A stretch of 64,000 bases of DNA, taken from assembly GCF_006345805.1 (NCBI RefSeq), contig NC_043000.1, forward strand, positions 94,116,001-94,180,000, in the 5' to 3' direction. Below the pieces are notes generated by a model. It had not been told where the DNA came from. It saw only the letters and a list, made by a program, of their open reading frames with translations, and did no database searches. Both the position numbers and the translations under genes were made by a program. Shown piece by piece: positions 24,276-38,195 of this stretch. Origin of the DNA: Octopus sinensis (lineage: Eukaryota). Each line of letters starts with the position of its first letter. The stretch's first letter is position 1.

Positions 24276-25694
24276 CCCGTCTGTTTCAGTCGTCTCTGTC
24301 TTTCAACTCAGTCCTTCCTATTCCATTTTATTGATTTTTACAACCTCTACGCTGGACTTGTACCTGTTTTATGTTACATAACGTAACATTTTATCTCTAT
24401 AGTCGCTATAACATTTTATATATCGCTTATTTATATCCTTTTTATAATCCGTTCTCTCTTTTACGAATTTCCCTTCTTTCAATATTCACGTGCCTTTCAT
24501 ATATATTTCTAAGCCCTTCTGTTTCTTTACTCTCTGCCTTTTTCACACTCAACTGTTCTTTACTAGTATTCAATTCTTTTTTTTATTTAGTTCTCCAATT
24601 ATTATTTCTCACATTTACGCCATTTCTAACCTTTTTTCTGCTCTTTGTCTTGTTTGAATTTTTGCATCATCTACCACACCGATTTCTTTACTGTTTTTTT
24701 TTAAATTTTGCCTAGTAGCTACCCACAAACCTTTACGAAGTTCACATCCCGCTCAACTCTACTCATTCCCAGCCAATCACCTGAACCCCCACACAGCTCA
24801 CATGCTTCTCCCTAATGCCCATCTCTCTACAGAGAAAGATTTATATATATGCGACGTCCTATCTCTTCTCTTCTTAACCCTTCCCCAATAGAACTGCTTT
24901 CCAACTCGGATCCTAAGCCGTTTTCCTCCTCTTCTTTCCTTTCCAGCACCCTTCTCTTTTATTTCCTCCTGCTTATGATGAAGGAATCTCTGTTCAAAAC
25001 GCAAACACATCTTTTGTTTATTTCTTTTCAAGCGTGAAACTAATAACACCTTTGTAAAAACTTGTTCTTTTTGTTGTAATTTAACTCGTTTTTCCTCATT
25101 TATCACACATTATATATTTATATATAATGACTACTATTCGATTTCGAGCAATGCAATGATATCGCTTGATTGTTCTCTTAAACTTGAACTCCATAGATGT
25201 GTCTTCTCCGTCTCATTAGGGTCACTCTTCTGCACTGACGTAGCAGCGATGGATGACTTTTACATTTGGTGATTTAAGACTTACAACTGACTCTAACGCA
25301 TAATTTTTATTCAATCATACAATTTTTCATTGAATGTTTTGTTTCAATTGGTGACAATCAGCGAAAGTATGCAACACAGAACAGAGCCCCTAAGAATCAA
25401 GCGTTGACTTTGCCTGAAGATCTCTCGAAATGAGAAAAGGCCTTGCACAGAACCAATTCTTCTCGCTAAACAGCTTCTGCATTTTTTTCAAATAACAAAG
25501 CTAGTCCATATTATTAGATGCAATAGAAATTTTAGGAATTATACCAGAGTTTTCCTTAACCTTGAGAAATGTCTAAGCTAGGACTAGGTGTCTCTAACTC
25601 CCAGCTATTGGATTACCGTTGACTTTACTGAGTGGTTTTGTTTTTCGTCCTGAAGAATGTCCAGCGAAAACTTCACTCCTTGTTACCAAGCTGG

Positions 25695-26010
<316 letters not shown>

Positions 26011-26240
26011 GTTATGTATCTGTATGTTTGTGTATATATTTGTCAGTGTGCGTGTGCTTGATTGAATCCACAAAAAATGTCATAGGGAAAAATTCATTGA
26101 AGTTTTTTTGTTTCATTGTTCTTACTTTCCTTAAGAAATTGAATGAAAGTGAGTTTTTTTCACACTTGTAATGTCATCTCATATAAACTTTGTACAAGAT
26201 GGACAGACAGAAGGATAGACAGACGATCGATCGATCGATC

Positions 26241-26313
<73 letters not shown>

Positions 26314-27655
26314 GCATACGTACACACACACATACATACAAACATACATACATAATAGGTAAATGGATGAAGACACTACAACTCAAAGGTATTTCTCAAA
26401 CAGAATGTATTACATCAAGTGCAGTAACAGAGGTTTTCCGTGCCATTGGGGCAAAGCAATTTGGCATCCTCTGTCATCCTTAACAGGCATAACAAACCGG
26501 AATTATTTTTGCGCCATTTCACATTTGTATCCAGATTGATTAACCCTCTGTATTCTTTTTTCCCTACTTCCTTTTTACTTGTCCTTCCGTTGTTTCATCT
26601 CTGGAGCACAAAAATGCACTAAAGGGTCAAGTAGTAGAACCACGTGATTACCAGATGAACTTCATAACTATTGAGATATTTCCGCTTGTATAAATCGTTA
26701 AAGGGATTAATATTTATTGCACAAAGAAATAACAATACGAATTTCATATATTCTTGAGACCATTGTGTATGTAAAGCGGATGGATGAAATATTAACGGGT
26801 GAGAATTATAATCGGATTGTGAATTCTGTTAAATGTGAGTAAATAATCTAGTTTAGAGCGTTTACTACAACAATGGGATGTTGTAGTAAAGAGATTTACT
26901 AAAAAGGACTTCTCTTTGAGAATGTCATGACAGTTTCCAAAACCTTAGTTCTGTTGTTTGATATTTTGAGTGTGGATAATAAGAGTCGAATCAATGAGGA
27001 ATCCTTTTATATGGTTGCCCAAGTTGAGAAAATAATAACCAATTCTTCTCTCATATTACACCTCATCACCTTTAAAAGGAAGCAGACATTAGATAATGTG
27101 GTTTTTGACAGAAAGTGAAAATAATAAAACGGGAAGTGAAAAAATGGAAAACGAAACTGGAACATATTTGATCATAGTTCTGCTCAATCAGGCACGACTT
27201 GCTGTTAAACAACAACCATATAAACAACAACAACAACAATACTAAATCATCACCGAATAAAGATTTGATGTCAGTAAGTCTAGATGTAAATGAATTAAAT
27301 ATATGAATACGACCATTAAAAAAGAATTAACATAAAAGTCATATATTAATTCTTCTAAACATTTATAGATATATTGTAATGTATTCCTTAATCAAGAATT
27401 TTTGTGTTTATTTTGTAAAATTTACATTTCAATAATACAATATCAACAGTGGGTAAATTGTGAAGAAAAGAAGTTTCACTGTCCAACTAATGACGAAAAC
27501 GATGCTTTCTTACATATGAATATGTTTTGAAGGAGTCTAGTCGATATAACCTATTAATAAAGTTTGTTCATCAGTTCAAAACAGCCAGGAAATTTTACAT
27601 CATGAAATATTAATTTCAATTGAAATACTTTTTACATAATTTCAAATCTTCAGGT

Positions 27656-27840
27656 AGGCAGTGAGTTGGCAGATTCCTTAGCACGCCGGGCAGAATGCTT
27701 AGTGCAAATTCCGCCGAGGTCCACTTTACCTTTCATTATTTCGGGGTCGATAAGATAAGCACCAGTTGAGTACTGGTGTCGTTGTAATGGACTAGCCTTC
27801 TTCCTCGAACTTCCTGGCCTTGTGACAAAATTTGAAAACA
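27656..27840 (+). mobile_element. SINE family B (tail GGCCTTGTGACAAAATTTGAAA)
   Basis: AGGCAGTGAGTTGGCAGA...GCCGAGGTCCACTTTACCTTTCATTATTTCGGGGTCGATAAG. Confidence 0.8.
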
Positions 27841-28519
27841 ATATCAATTGTTCAACAAACCAAATATACAAATATAATAGCCGATATAAACATCTTCTTG
27901 CTTCGTTATATTAAATATTTTAGTTAAGATTTAATTATTCCTCCATAGTTTAGTTTTTCTATGGCACACACAAGACAAAAATACGTTTTGTTATGTTAAA
28001 GAGTTCGATTGCGTTTTCTTTGATTTCCTTCTCGAGAGAACGAGCCGTCAACCGAGTACGAGTATGGCCTGGTAATATCATATCGTACATTCGATAACTC
28101 TTTTAGATATCTTCATAGTCGCGAAAAAATTCAACCTCTCGTTTTTTTCTACCCTTTTACCCGGTGATCTATCCCATGCTGGTACTCATTTTCAGCTGAG
28201 AAAATAGGTATTGAATCTACGACATATCATAATCCAATTACCCAAACCAGTAATCATGTGCCTTCACCGATTTCGTTCCAAAAAGTGATATTCAAACGCA
28301 TGAATGCTGTGACAGGGGAAATAATGTTACAAATGAAGTTTCCAGCAGTTCCACAATAGCAAACAGTTTTTGCTGTATCAGTATAAATGATTATATCAAT
28401 CTTAGGGACCCCGATAGAAAATTGGGAAAGGGACACCGGTGTTTAAAACGCCGAGCGTAAAGGAACACAACTGAGCAATTGCTCCTGTTTCAGCACAATG
28501 CCAGAATGTTTGAAAGAAG

Positions 28520-28905
28520 GGGGTTAATTGATACCACCATCTCCAATACTTGACTAGTTACTCTTTTCTTATCGACCCTGGAAGGATTAAAAGCAAAGTT
28601 GATTTGCAAGAGTTTTGAACTTAAAATACAAAGAGACGGAACAAATGCTGCAGTTTTTCCTGTCTCAAAGACTTTGTCTCCTCACCAAACATAGCTAAAT
28701 AATGGTTTCTAATTTAGGCACAAATTCAGCAATTTTATTAAATGGAAGTTAATCGATTACATCTACGGCACAAATGGGACTTAATATATATTGACCCCAA
28801 AAGGATGAAAGGGGAAGTTATCTCAGCAGAGTTTGAATTCAGAATGTAAAGCGCACGGATAAATACCACAAAGTATTTTTCCGGCGCCCTAAACATTCTA
28901 CCGGC
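28520..28905 (-). mobile_element. Two decayed SINE family B copies
   Basis: ATCGACCCTGGAAGGATTAAAAGCAAAGTTG and GACCCCAAAAGGATGAAAGGGG...GAGTTTGAATTCAGAA. Confidence 0.6.
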
Positions 28906-29136
28906 TCGGTAACACAAGTGAAAGATATAAGCTATTTTGCCTTCCATTTCATTTCCCAGCCCTTCTTCAAGAAGTAGTTTCTAAGTGGCCTCAATGTGTA
29001 ATTAAAACACAAAGTCACATATTATAGTAAAGAATCATTTATCAATTACATTTGTCGTTGTTGTCAACAAAGTGAGTAACAATACCAAACGCAAAAATAT
29101 ACGTACATACAAACGCTCTCTCTTTCTCTCTCTCTA

Positions 29137-29180
<44 letters not shown>

Positions 29181-29574
29181 ACACACGCACGCACGCACGC
29201 ATGCACAACACACACACTTTCTCTTATTTTCTCTCTCTCTCTCTTAAACACAATTCTTAAAACTAAATTTCTCTGTCAATTTTTCCCTTGTAAAAGTCTA
29301 ATACTTGTATGTACACTAGTAAAAAGTATTGAAGAACTTGACATTGCTAGTGGTGTTGACTATTTTTTGTTTAATTTCGGATTTTGCAATCTGATAAAGA
29401 ATTATTTTGTTGTCTTTCATAATGAATCGTGCCTTCTTTTAATTTTGAAAAACGATGTATTTTGAATTTTCCATATTATCTTACATTCGGTCAAACGATA
29501 TCTTCTAATCCCCACTAATTATCAATTCGTAGAAAAATAATTTAGGAGTCACTAATTACCAACAGCTAAAGACA

Positions 29575-30190
29575 ACCTCCAAATCTTAAAAGATTCGTAA
29601 TAAAGACAAAATTCACATTAGAGGAAGAATTAATTCAGGTAGCAAAATGCAGAGTCGTTTGTTGTGGGATGTGTGAAACAGGTAAACAGGACAAAGCCAA
29701 AATATTCAAGCATGGGAATGAATTGAAAGCTAATGCATATATGAATTTCATAGTAAAAAATCTCGTTTACTGCATCACATGCCCGCAATGAAATATGAAT
29801 TTCATTGGCCATATAAGTTCAAAAATAAGTGGGTTAGGATACATAAGCAACAATTCAATAATTCATTTTTTAGAAATGTTCCATGTAATGAACTTCTAGA
29901 TATTTGTGCAAACGGAAAATTCAAAATGTTTCCATTTTACAAAGTAAAGAAAATGATTCGTATAAAAGGCAAAAGAAGATAAATTTATAAGAATTCTCAA
30001 ACCGAAACTAAGTCAGAAATATTAAACAACGTTATTAAAAACCTCCATCTTTAGAGAGATCACTCCATAACAAGTGCCTTCAAAAAGTTATAAACAGCGA
30101 AAACGCTTATAAAATATGGACATATCTTTCCAGAAGATTTACTTAATTCAGTTCATATTGTAAAGATTTTTTATACCACTGATAATTTAT
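29575..30190 (+). mobile_element. Penelope-like element 3' fragment (GIY-YIG endonuclease remnant + 3' region)
   Basis: Translates to NLKRFVIKTKF...KCR..CCGMC...KNLVYCITCPQ*NMNFIG...VRIHKQQF...FKMFPFYK...FIRILKPKL, the N.(I/V)Y.I.C..C...YIG signature of PLE endonucleases. Confidence 0.8.
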
Positions 30191-30200
30191 AATTTAAGGA

Positions 30201-30249
<49 letters not shown>

Positions 30250-30387
30250 TATGTATGTATTTATGTATGTATAATGTAAGTATGTATGTATGTATCAACA
30301 CACACACATATATACATACTCGCACATATGTATATATAACTATATACATATGTAGTATGTGCATATATATATATATATCAATCAGTG

Positions 30388-30620
30388 GGGGCACATGGCT
30401 TAGTGGTCAGACGTTTCGATCTCATGACTGTGGTTTTAATTCCTCGATCGGACGATGCGTTGTGTTCTTGAGCAAAACACTTCATATTTCACGTTGCTCC
30501 AGTTCACTCAGCTGGCAAAAATGAGTAATCCTGCGATGGACTGCTATCCCGTCCAGGGTGGAAATATGTCACAGAAGCCAGGAAATAAGTTTTATGAGTC
30601 CATATGACTCGGGAAAGAGC
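30388..30620 (+). mobile_element. tRNA-derived SINE family C
   Basis: CACATGGCTTAGTGGTCAG (A-box)...TTGAGCAAAACACTTCATATTTCACGTTGCTCCAGTTCACTCAGCTGGCAAAAATGAG; also at 34255, 38868 and 48258. Confidence 0.8.
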
Positions 30621-30638
30621 TTAATCTCTTTATTTTGA

Positions 30639-30679
<41 letters not shown>

Positions 30680-30967
30680 TATATATTATATATATATATA
30701 TATATATACCTGCTTCTTTGTAAATATGGGGAGATAGTGCTGAGGAATGTGGACTTCATAAATTTAAATTAAATTAATTTTTTGTAAACTGATATATTTG
30801 ATTTAACAGTAATTTTTCAAAAAATTGATCTATTCGTCTCGCCCGCTGACAGCTAGTATTCGTATCAAGGTGAATTATAGATGCTTTCGTTAAATCATCT
30901 AAGTTTTTCAACATTTACGGAAATAACTGAAGCTATCCCTCCCCTCTCTCTCCTCTCTGTGTATATA

Positions 30968-31026
<59 letters not shown>

Positions 31027-31386
31027 TATATATATAATATATATATATATATATAGTCCACATTATTATGGATCTCTGAACCACCAGAAGCAGCTGTTGA
31101 ACGTATATCATCTTTCTTTCACCCCTTTAATCATCTCTGTCGTTTGTACTCTCTGTAAGTTAAACTTATTGATATAAATATTTATATATTTATACTTAAA
31201 AATTCATCATCTGAATGTCTCCACCTTTTGCTTTCTCACAAGTTGCATGTATAGATATATTCATATTTTGTAATATAAACTAATTGTATTTAATATATTT
31301 AATATATTTAGATGTATCTAATTTGTTTATCCGCATAATTACCCTCCTCTCTCTATTATATATATATATATATATATATATATCTG

Positions 31387-31424
<38 letters not shown>

Positions 31425-31564
31425 CGTGTGCGTGTATATCTGTATATATATAAATATACATATATATATGTGTGTATATATATATATACATTTATATATA
31501 TATTTATATATATATATACATATATACATACATACATGTATGCATGTATGTGGGAATGCATATG

Positions 31565-31619
<55 letters not shown>

Positions 31620-32094
31620 ATGAATTTATGTGTCTGTGTGTGTATAACGACTGTACGCACGTTCTCACACAAATCGATTTGTTTGCATGTTTGCACGCGT
31701 GTATGTGTGCGTGAACGCACCTATTGTATAAAACGGTGTATGCATGTGTGTGTCTACCAGTTTTTTTGTATGTGTATGTTTGTCTAGGTGTGTTTTGTTT
31801 GTGTGCCTGCGTCTATACCTGTATCTCCCTTTTGTGTACTTGTGTGGTATCACATTTACATATGCATACGAATGCGTACCTAAGTATGCGTGTCTGTGCC
31901 TGTGTGTGTGTGTGTGTGTGCATGTGTGTGTGTGTAAGTGTAAATCCACATGTGTATGAGCATGTGTGCATATACAAACAAATATTCTGCATCATGCATA
32001 GAAGATAATGGAATGTATTTTCCATAGAGCTAGTGTGTGAATTCTTCTTTCAGTGCCGGGTCACTGAGTAGAAAATCTCACAGTAAGTCAGAGG

Positions 32095-32098
32095 CAGT

Positions 32099-32188
<90 letters not shown>

Positions 32189-32612
32189 GGTTGTAGTGGT
32201 GGTGGTAGCGACGGCGGCTATGGTGGTGGTAATAGTAGTAGTAGTGAAGGTGGTAGTGGTTGTTGTAGCGGCATTTGATGATGATGATGATGATGATGTA
32301 GATGATCACGATGATGATGATTTTGTTTCTTATCACTGTTGTAATTTGTTGTAGTTGTTGCTGCCAGTGGGAATGGTGGTGGTAGTAGAAGTAGTAGTAG
32401 TAGCAGTAGTAGTAGTAGTAGTAGTAGTAGTTGTTGTTGTTGTTGTTGTTATAGTTATAGTGGTAGTAGTAGAAGGAGGAGGAGGAAGAGGAGGAGGAGA
32501 GGGAGGAGTAGCAGAATCATTTAAAAAATAAACGACGGCATTACCTCTTGCTTCAGCCCCTAGCACCTTACAACTGGTTGTTGGACTGAAGTACTTGCAG
32601 GAGCAGCCAAAA

Positions 32613-32646
<34 letters not shown>

Positions 32647-33230
32647 CGTCATCGTCGTCGTGGTAGTAGTTGCGTCGTAGGGTAGAAATAACTAGTGGTG
32701 TTGCAGTTGAGTGGTAGTCAGTGAAAGAGGTCGCGGCTCCAGTATCAGTGGTAGTATCGTCATTGTTACTATAGTGATGTAGGGGAGCTGCTCGTAGTCG
32801 TGGCGGGGGTAATGGTTGTGGTAGTGATAATGGTGAGGGTGCTACTGGTAACAATGGTGGTGGTGATGGTAGTGGCGGTGATGGTGGTCGTGGTGATGGT
32901 GTTGATTGTATTATGGGTGTTGATAGTGGTAGTAGTGGTGGCGTCGGTATAATAGCCGTTGTATAGTTGATGGTGGTGCCAGTATAGTAGAGATGTTATA
33001 AGGAGTGGTGTTTGAGGTAGTGGACTAGAAGTATAAATTCGGATGTTGGTGGTAGCGATGGTGATGTTTTTCGTAGTGATGTGGTGGAATGAGAGATTAG
33101 GGATTCTTACAATGGGGCGATCTCTTTGCTGTGAATGATGTACTGGAAGTCGTTAGTAGGAGGTAGTGGTTGTTTTAGTGGAGTTGCTGGGTTGTAGTTT
33201 GTCGTTGTAGACATAGGCCTGACCGACTAG
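32095..33230. repeat. G/T-skewed cryptic trinucleotide field ((CAG)n, (TAG)n, (TGG)n, (GAT)n)
   Basis: Read directly. Confidence 0.8.
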
Positions 33231-34254
33231 CTGGGAAGTTCTTGTGGTTACCTTAACGAGTATTTCGACCCCATTGCGTGGCGTCTTGCTCAATCGAAAA
33301 TTTGTGAAAATGGTTTGATGGAAACAGTATGGGATCAGCCTGAAGGCTGGTCAATACATGCATCTAAAATAAACAGCTTGTCACGCTGTGTCATGCTTAT
33401 GCTGTGTGATATTTTCGTTTGCTCAAGACGCGATGCATCATGTCGTTGATAATATATAGATAAACACAATAAACACATACATACATACATACGCAAGGAA
33501 AGCAACCACTGTTAATGAAGTTTAAGTGATATTGAATAATTAGAATGTTACTTACTCATGCGCTCATCATACAGGATACACATTATCTATTATGAAACAA
33601 ATAAGCTATTTTAGTCTATTGATAAGTAGAAGTTCTTTGATAAGTAAATAGTATACGTAAGAACTCGCAATTGCGATTCTCTTTTCAAAATTGCAAAAGG
33701 TGTAATTGGAGACAGCTGCCTTACATTCAAAAGCCAATAGTGTTAAGAAATACATATTCCATAACGAATTAATCTATTTTCTAAGATTCGTAATGTTATT
33801 ATCCTTTAAATTCCAGATATATTTAGATAGTAAAGTAGTGTAACATCTTTCTAAGTCTCTGAACGTATATATAAGAGAATGATTTTCTTAAAGAAAATTT
33901 CACTAAGCCAAATATATCTATTTGTATCATTTATCTACAATGGATATCTTTATGAAATGCTAAGAAAGGCATATATCTTTGAGAAAATACATATTATGAT
34001 TACTGAAATTACAAATAGGAGAGTTTGTGCATTCCGTACTAAAAATATTTCATCAGTTCATAGTGGCTATGAAATCAGAGAAGTTTTTGATGAAGATGTA
34101 ACTCATCTTAATACTGTCTTTATTAAAGAGGACACTTCCCTCCAATCAGAAAATAATTACCCATCTGTAATCAAGAGTTTCGGCAAGATACACAAGGAGT
34201 GCCTTTTTAAATTGATGGAAGTGCGGTATTGCAGAGTTATCATGTAATTACGTG

Positions 34255-34432
34255 ATCGACCAGGATATCAGATGTTATACATCACTGGTAACAATGCATT
34301 TTGCATCGTTTTATGAAAAAGAGCAATGAAGTATTTTGCTCAAGAGCACAGCGCGCCGCTTGGTCTGGAAAACGAACCCACGATCAATACATCGTGTGTG
34401 CAACATCCTAGCCACTACGCCACACACCTAAA
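34255..34432 (-). mobile_element. SINE family C (partial)
   Basis: The reverse complement gives GGTGTGTGGCGTAGTGG...GCTGTGCTCTTGAGCAAAATACTTCA. Confidence 0.65.
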
Positions 34433-34839
34433 CCGAGAAGAGTTGTATTAGTCCATAACTAAATCTTCGTATCAATCTACATCTCGTCTTCTCCATTCAC
34501 TATTCCTATCCTACTTTTCTACCCTTCGCCCTGCAATCCTCACCCTCAACCCCATTACATTCATTGACTACCCCATCCTGACAGGCAAGGATTCTATGAC
34601 TGTTGCTCAATTGCACTGTCATTCGTGCTAAATGCCACCCGGGCCAGTCCGAGCAATTGAAACAAGCAAACCTGGACAATTGAATAGACTCACCATTATA
34701 TTGTGCCATTTTTCTGAAACAATATTCCCTAATCCTTTTTCTAGAATATATAGAGATAATATAATTATGTGTCTGAATGTGTGTTTGTGAATGAGTGTGT
34801 GAATGTGTGTGTGTGTATGTGTGTGTGTGTGTGTGTGTA

Positions 34840-35097
34840 CAGTCGTGGCCTAAAGTTTGGAACATTTAAAAAAAAATTGAAATTGTTATGGCCAAGTAGA
34901 ATTCGATTCAAATATATACAACGTAGAGATATACTTACCTAACAACCGATCCAATGATTCACTATCTCGAAGAAAAAATAAGTAAAAATCAAAAACATAG
35001 TTCTAGACCAAATTGCTTACTTTTAATATAACTTTGGTCATTTAATATATAAAGATTCAAATTTTCAGACCTATGTTGCAAATTTTGGCCACGACTG
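34840..35097. mobile_element. Tc1-type MITE (~258 bp, ~26 bp TIRs)
   Basis: TA|CAGTCGTGGCCTAAAGTTTGGAACAT ... ATGTTGCAAATTTTGGCCACGACTG; no ORF. Confidence 0.8.
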
Positions 35098-35839
35098 TGT
35101 CAAGTGCTCTGTTTGTTATTTCCGACAATGGCTCCGACGAAGGCATCATTAATTTTCTCAAGTTTTTCAATTTTCTTCAATTGATCAATAGACCGATTGG
35201 GTAAACCTATCTATAATGTCTACTGGAAACAGCTGTAAGCCAAATTTGCTATAACAAAAGGAATCATATGTAATTAATTATGCTCATAATTATAGAATTT
35301 TTGTATAAGTTTACCGATAATGATTCTTTTAACATACCGAACTACTTGGTAAAATTATTAATTATTAATTGATTAATTAATTTTACCCTTTATTATTGTT
35401 GATAATATAATTCACTCCCTGATAGTAAACTGCAGTTTCTGCTGAATTACTCGTAGCACACGTGGGTGATTGAGGAGCAAAGCGAGATCACATTCGTCTG
35501 TTTGAATTCGGAAGTACTGGTTTTTGGATATATGCTGGTCGATGGCGCTTGTTAATTATCAGTGCTCTCAAATTTAAAATTTGAAATACTGTACTGATAA
35601 AGGGAATAAGTGAGTAGAAATATGATTTTACATCTTTTTACATCTCTTTAACCTCGAAATGCGTATACAGTTAATCAAAGCCGAGTGGATTCGTTATTTT
35701 TTCCCTTTACCCGCGAGAGTTGTAAAGTATTGCTGTCAGGGAGATATCTTATGGTAGTAGAATAGTATTTTAACTGCTATTTCTAAATTTCGGTATGTGG
35801 TGATTCAAATTATAATTATGCTCATAATTATAGAATTTT

Positions 35840-35883
<44 letters not shown>

Positions 35884-36039
35884 CATATATTTACATAAAT
35901 AAATATATATTTACATATGCGTGTCTTTATGTATGCATAAACCTATTTACAAGAAAATAGCAAAGATATGTGTGCGTGTGTGTGTGTGTCTTTATTTTTA
36001 TGCTATAATTCTTTTTTCAAATATATTTATAATATTGGT

Positions 36040-36492
36040 TTCAAACTCTTGGCACAAAGCCAGCTATTTCAGGGGAGGGGTTAAGTCGATTACATCGATG
36101 ATAGTGATCAACTGGTACATATTTTATCGATCCTGATTGGATTTAAGACAAACTACACCCCGACGACATTTGAATTCATAACGTAATATCGGAAGAAATA
36201 TCGCTATACATTTTTTCCGGTGCGGTTACGATTCTGCGAGCTCGTCCCTTTAATAGTAAAGGTGATATCAAAAACATAGTTTTAAGGCAGCGAGCTGGCA
36301 GAATCGTTAGCACGCCGGGCAAAATGCTTAACATCATTTCATCTTTACCTTCTGGATTCAGATTCCGCCGAACTAGACTTTGTCTTTTATCATTTCGTAG
36401 CCGATAAAGTAAGCGCCAGTTGAGGGCTGGGTCGATTTAATCGGCATACCTTCTCCCAGGAAACTAGTGGCGTTGTGCCAAAATTTGAAAAC
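36040..36492. mobile_element. Two divergently oriented SINE family B copies (36040-36245 minus, 36285-36492 plus)
   Basis: Head AAGGCAGCGAGCTGGCAGAATCGTTAGCACGCCGGGC at ~36285; reverse copy GGCACAAAGCCAG...TTTTATCGATCC. Confidence 0.75.
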
Positions 36493-37929
36493 AAAATTAA
36501 ACGAATTTATTTGGAAACAAAATTGTAGCATAAAAATAATAAAAAATATGTATTTTCAAATAGATGCACATATATTTGTGTGTGTGTGCATGTATGTGTG
36601 TGCTTTTTTAATGCATACATGCATATCAATAAGGTGGTGCTAGTGTTAAACAGATTATTAGTGAAGAAGAATGAACATATTTGTTGGTAGCGACCCAAGA
36701 TACAGAGAAATGAAACAGTTTGCGAGCCATCAGGAATTGCACATTTGTGAGAGATTCTTCGTGTATTACCATGTTCTCTTTACTATAAACACATTTACCA
36801 CGCCATTTATATCCTCTCATGTTGCACTTAAAACATTTAGTCCCAATTTTCAAAAAATGGTAAAGAATTCTTAGGAGCGGTAAACTCTAAAATCACTTCG
36901 TATTATCTCACATACTCGTTCGTTCTGTTAATTTCTAAATTAGAAAACCTGGAAGTGAAGTTAATAAAATCATGGAAATTCCGTCGATTTTGGAGAGGAT
37001 TTAAGCACCGTACATCTAAGATTACTTTACCCAATTTTCTCTTCTTTTTTTATGATAGAGAGTGATGTGAATGAGATTTATCTGCTATTTCTAAAAGATC
37101 GAGTAATACGCATCGGTTTCCTCGTCCACTCGTTCTCATGAAATCGTGCTGCGAGTTAATACAATTGTCGTGAGAAAAAACAACGAACGCTCTTTAAAAC
37201 CTCGCAGCGAAACAATATTCACACGTTCATTATTGTAATTGGAATGTAGGTTTCATACATACGATGACAAAACTGGATTTACTACTTCTGTAATTTCATA
37301 CAATTTGGAATAGTCTTTCATTTCAAGTTTTTGGAGTAGGTAAAACATGTTATCGTTGAGTGCCTGGGCTCAACTAATTTGACAAACTCCGATCAGTTAC
37401 AAGTGGCCATGGATTCTACCGAATCGAGAACTACTCCACAGGCTCTCTACTGTATGCTACTCGAACCGACGAAGGAAAATTTCCTCTTTTTAGAAATAGC
37501 AACAAAATGTCTTTCAGTTATATCTTAAGATAGAAAAATATATTGGAGGTTTCAGGCCTATCTGAAAAAAGAAATGGATCTGGTGAAATGCCTTTATCCA
37601 TGTTTCCAATTTAAATGTTTAACGGATGCTTTCTATACATACATCTATTCCATTAAGGTTAAACACCTAAACAACAAGAGTAACTATAAGTTGGTTAAGG
37701 TGGAAGTAGTTCTGGATGGATCTGCCTGCTTATGCACATTAAGGACAAACACTGCTCAACGTCTCAAAAGCTTTGGTAAAAATCTTTTGATAGAGTAATA
37801 GTACTAAAGTACATTTATCTACGTCCTTTGTTCATACCTTCTTTATCAATTCCAAACTACATTCACTCAAACAACTGGCAAAAATTTCACTGTTCTGATC
37901 GTTGCAAGAGACAACGATCAAGACAAACG

Positions 37930-38195
37930 TTGACAAGACAAAAGTCGTATAGTAAACCATCACATGGAACAAACTGCCGGTATCAACTGTTAGTTGTCGG
38001 AACACTGCATCCTTCAAAACTTCCATGCTTCCTGATTTTCTCCCCTCCATACACACGCAAGCATGTATCTGACTCATACACTTTTCATTTCCCAGACATT
38101 TGTACATTACTGCATATGCTTTATACGCACTTTTGACAAGTTGTGGTGCACCTGAGCACTGTATGCAATAATTTCATTATTATCATTATTATAAA
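37930..38195 (+). mobile_element. CR1-like LINE 3' end
   Basis: Translates to WNKLPVSTVSCRNTASFKTSMLP, the typical CR1/L2 ORF2 terminus. The 3'UTR ends GCACCTGAGCACTGTATGCAATAATTTC(ATT)n. Confidence 0.7.

Noticed and set aside
26861-26890. 12-bp perfect hairpin, possible Helitron 3' end
   Set aside because: No CTRR terminus follows; short AT-rich stems are expected by chance.
28254-28436. Cys-containing 60-aa ORF / possible microexons
   Set aside because: Several incompatible weak splice readings and no family match.
30850-31110. Faint hammerhead echoes (GAATACTAGCTGTCAG minus; GAAGCAGCTGTTG plus)
   Set aside because: Three or more core mismatches and no clear helix II; similar weak cases at ~3917, ~33334 and ~58290 were also left out.
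32333-32854. Thr/Pro/His-rich mucin-like ORF
   Set aside because: Arises from degenerate trinucleotide repeats.
33879-34247. 122-aa ORF
   Set aside because: AT-rich with no domain similarity I can recognise.
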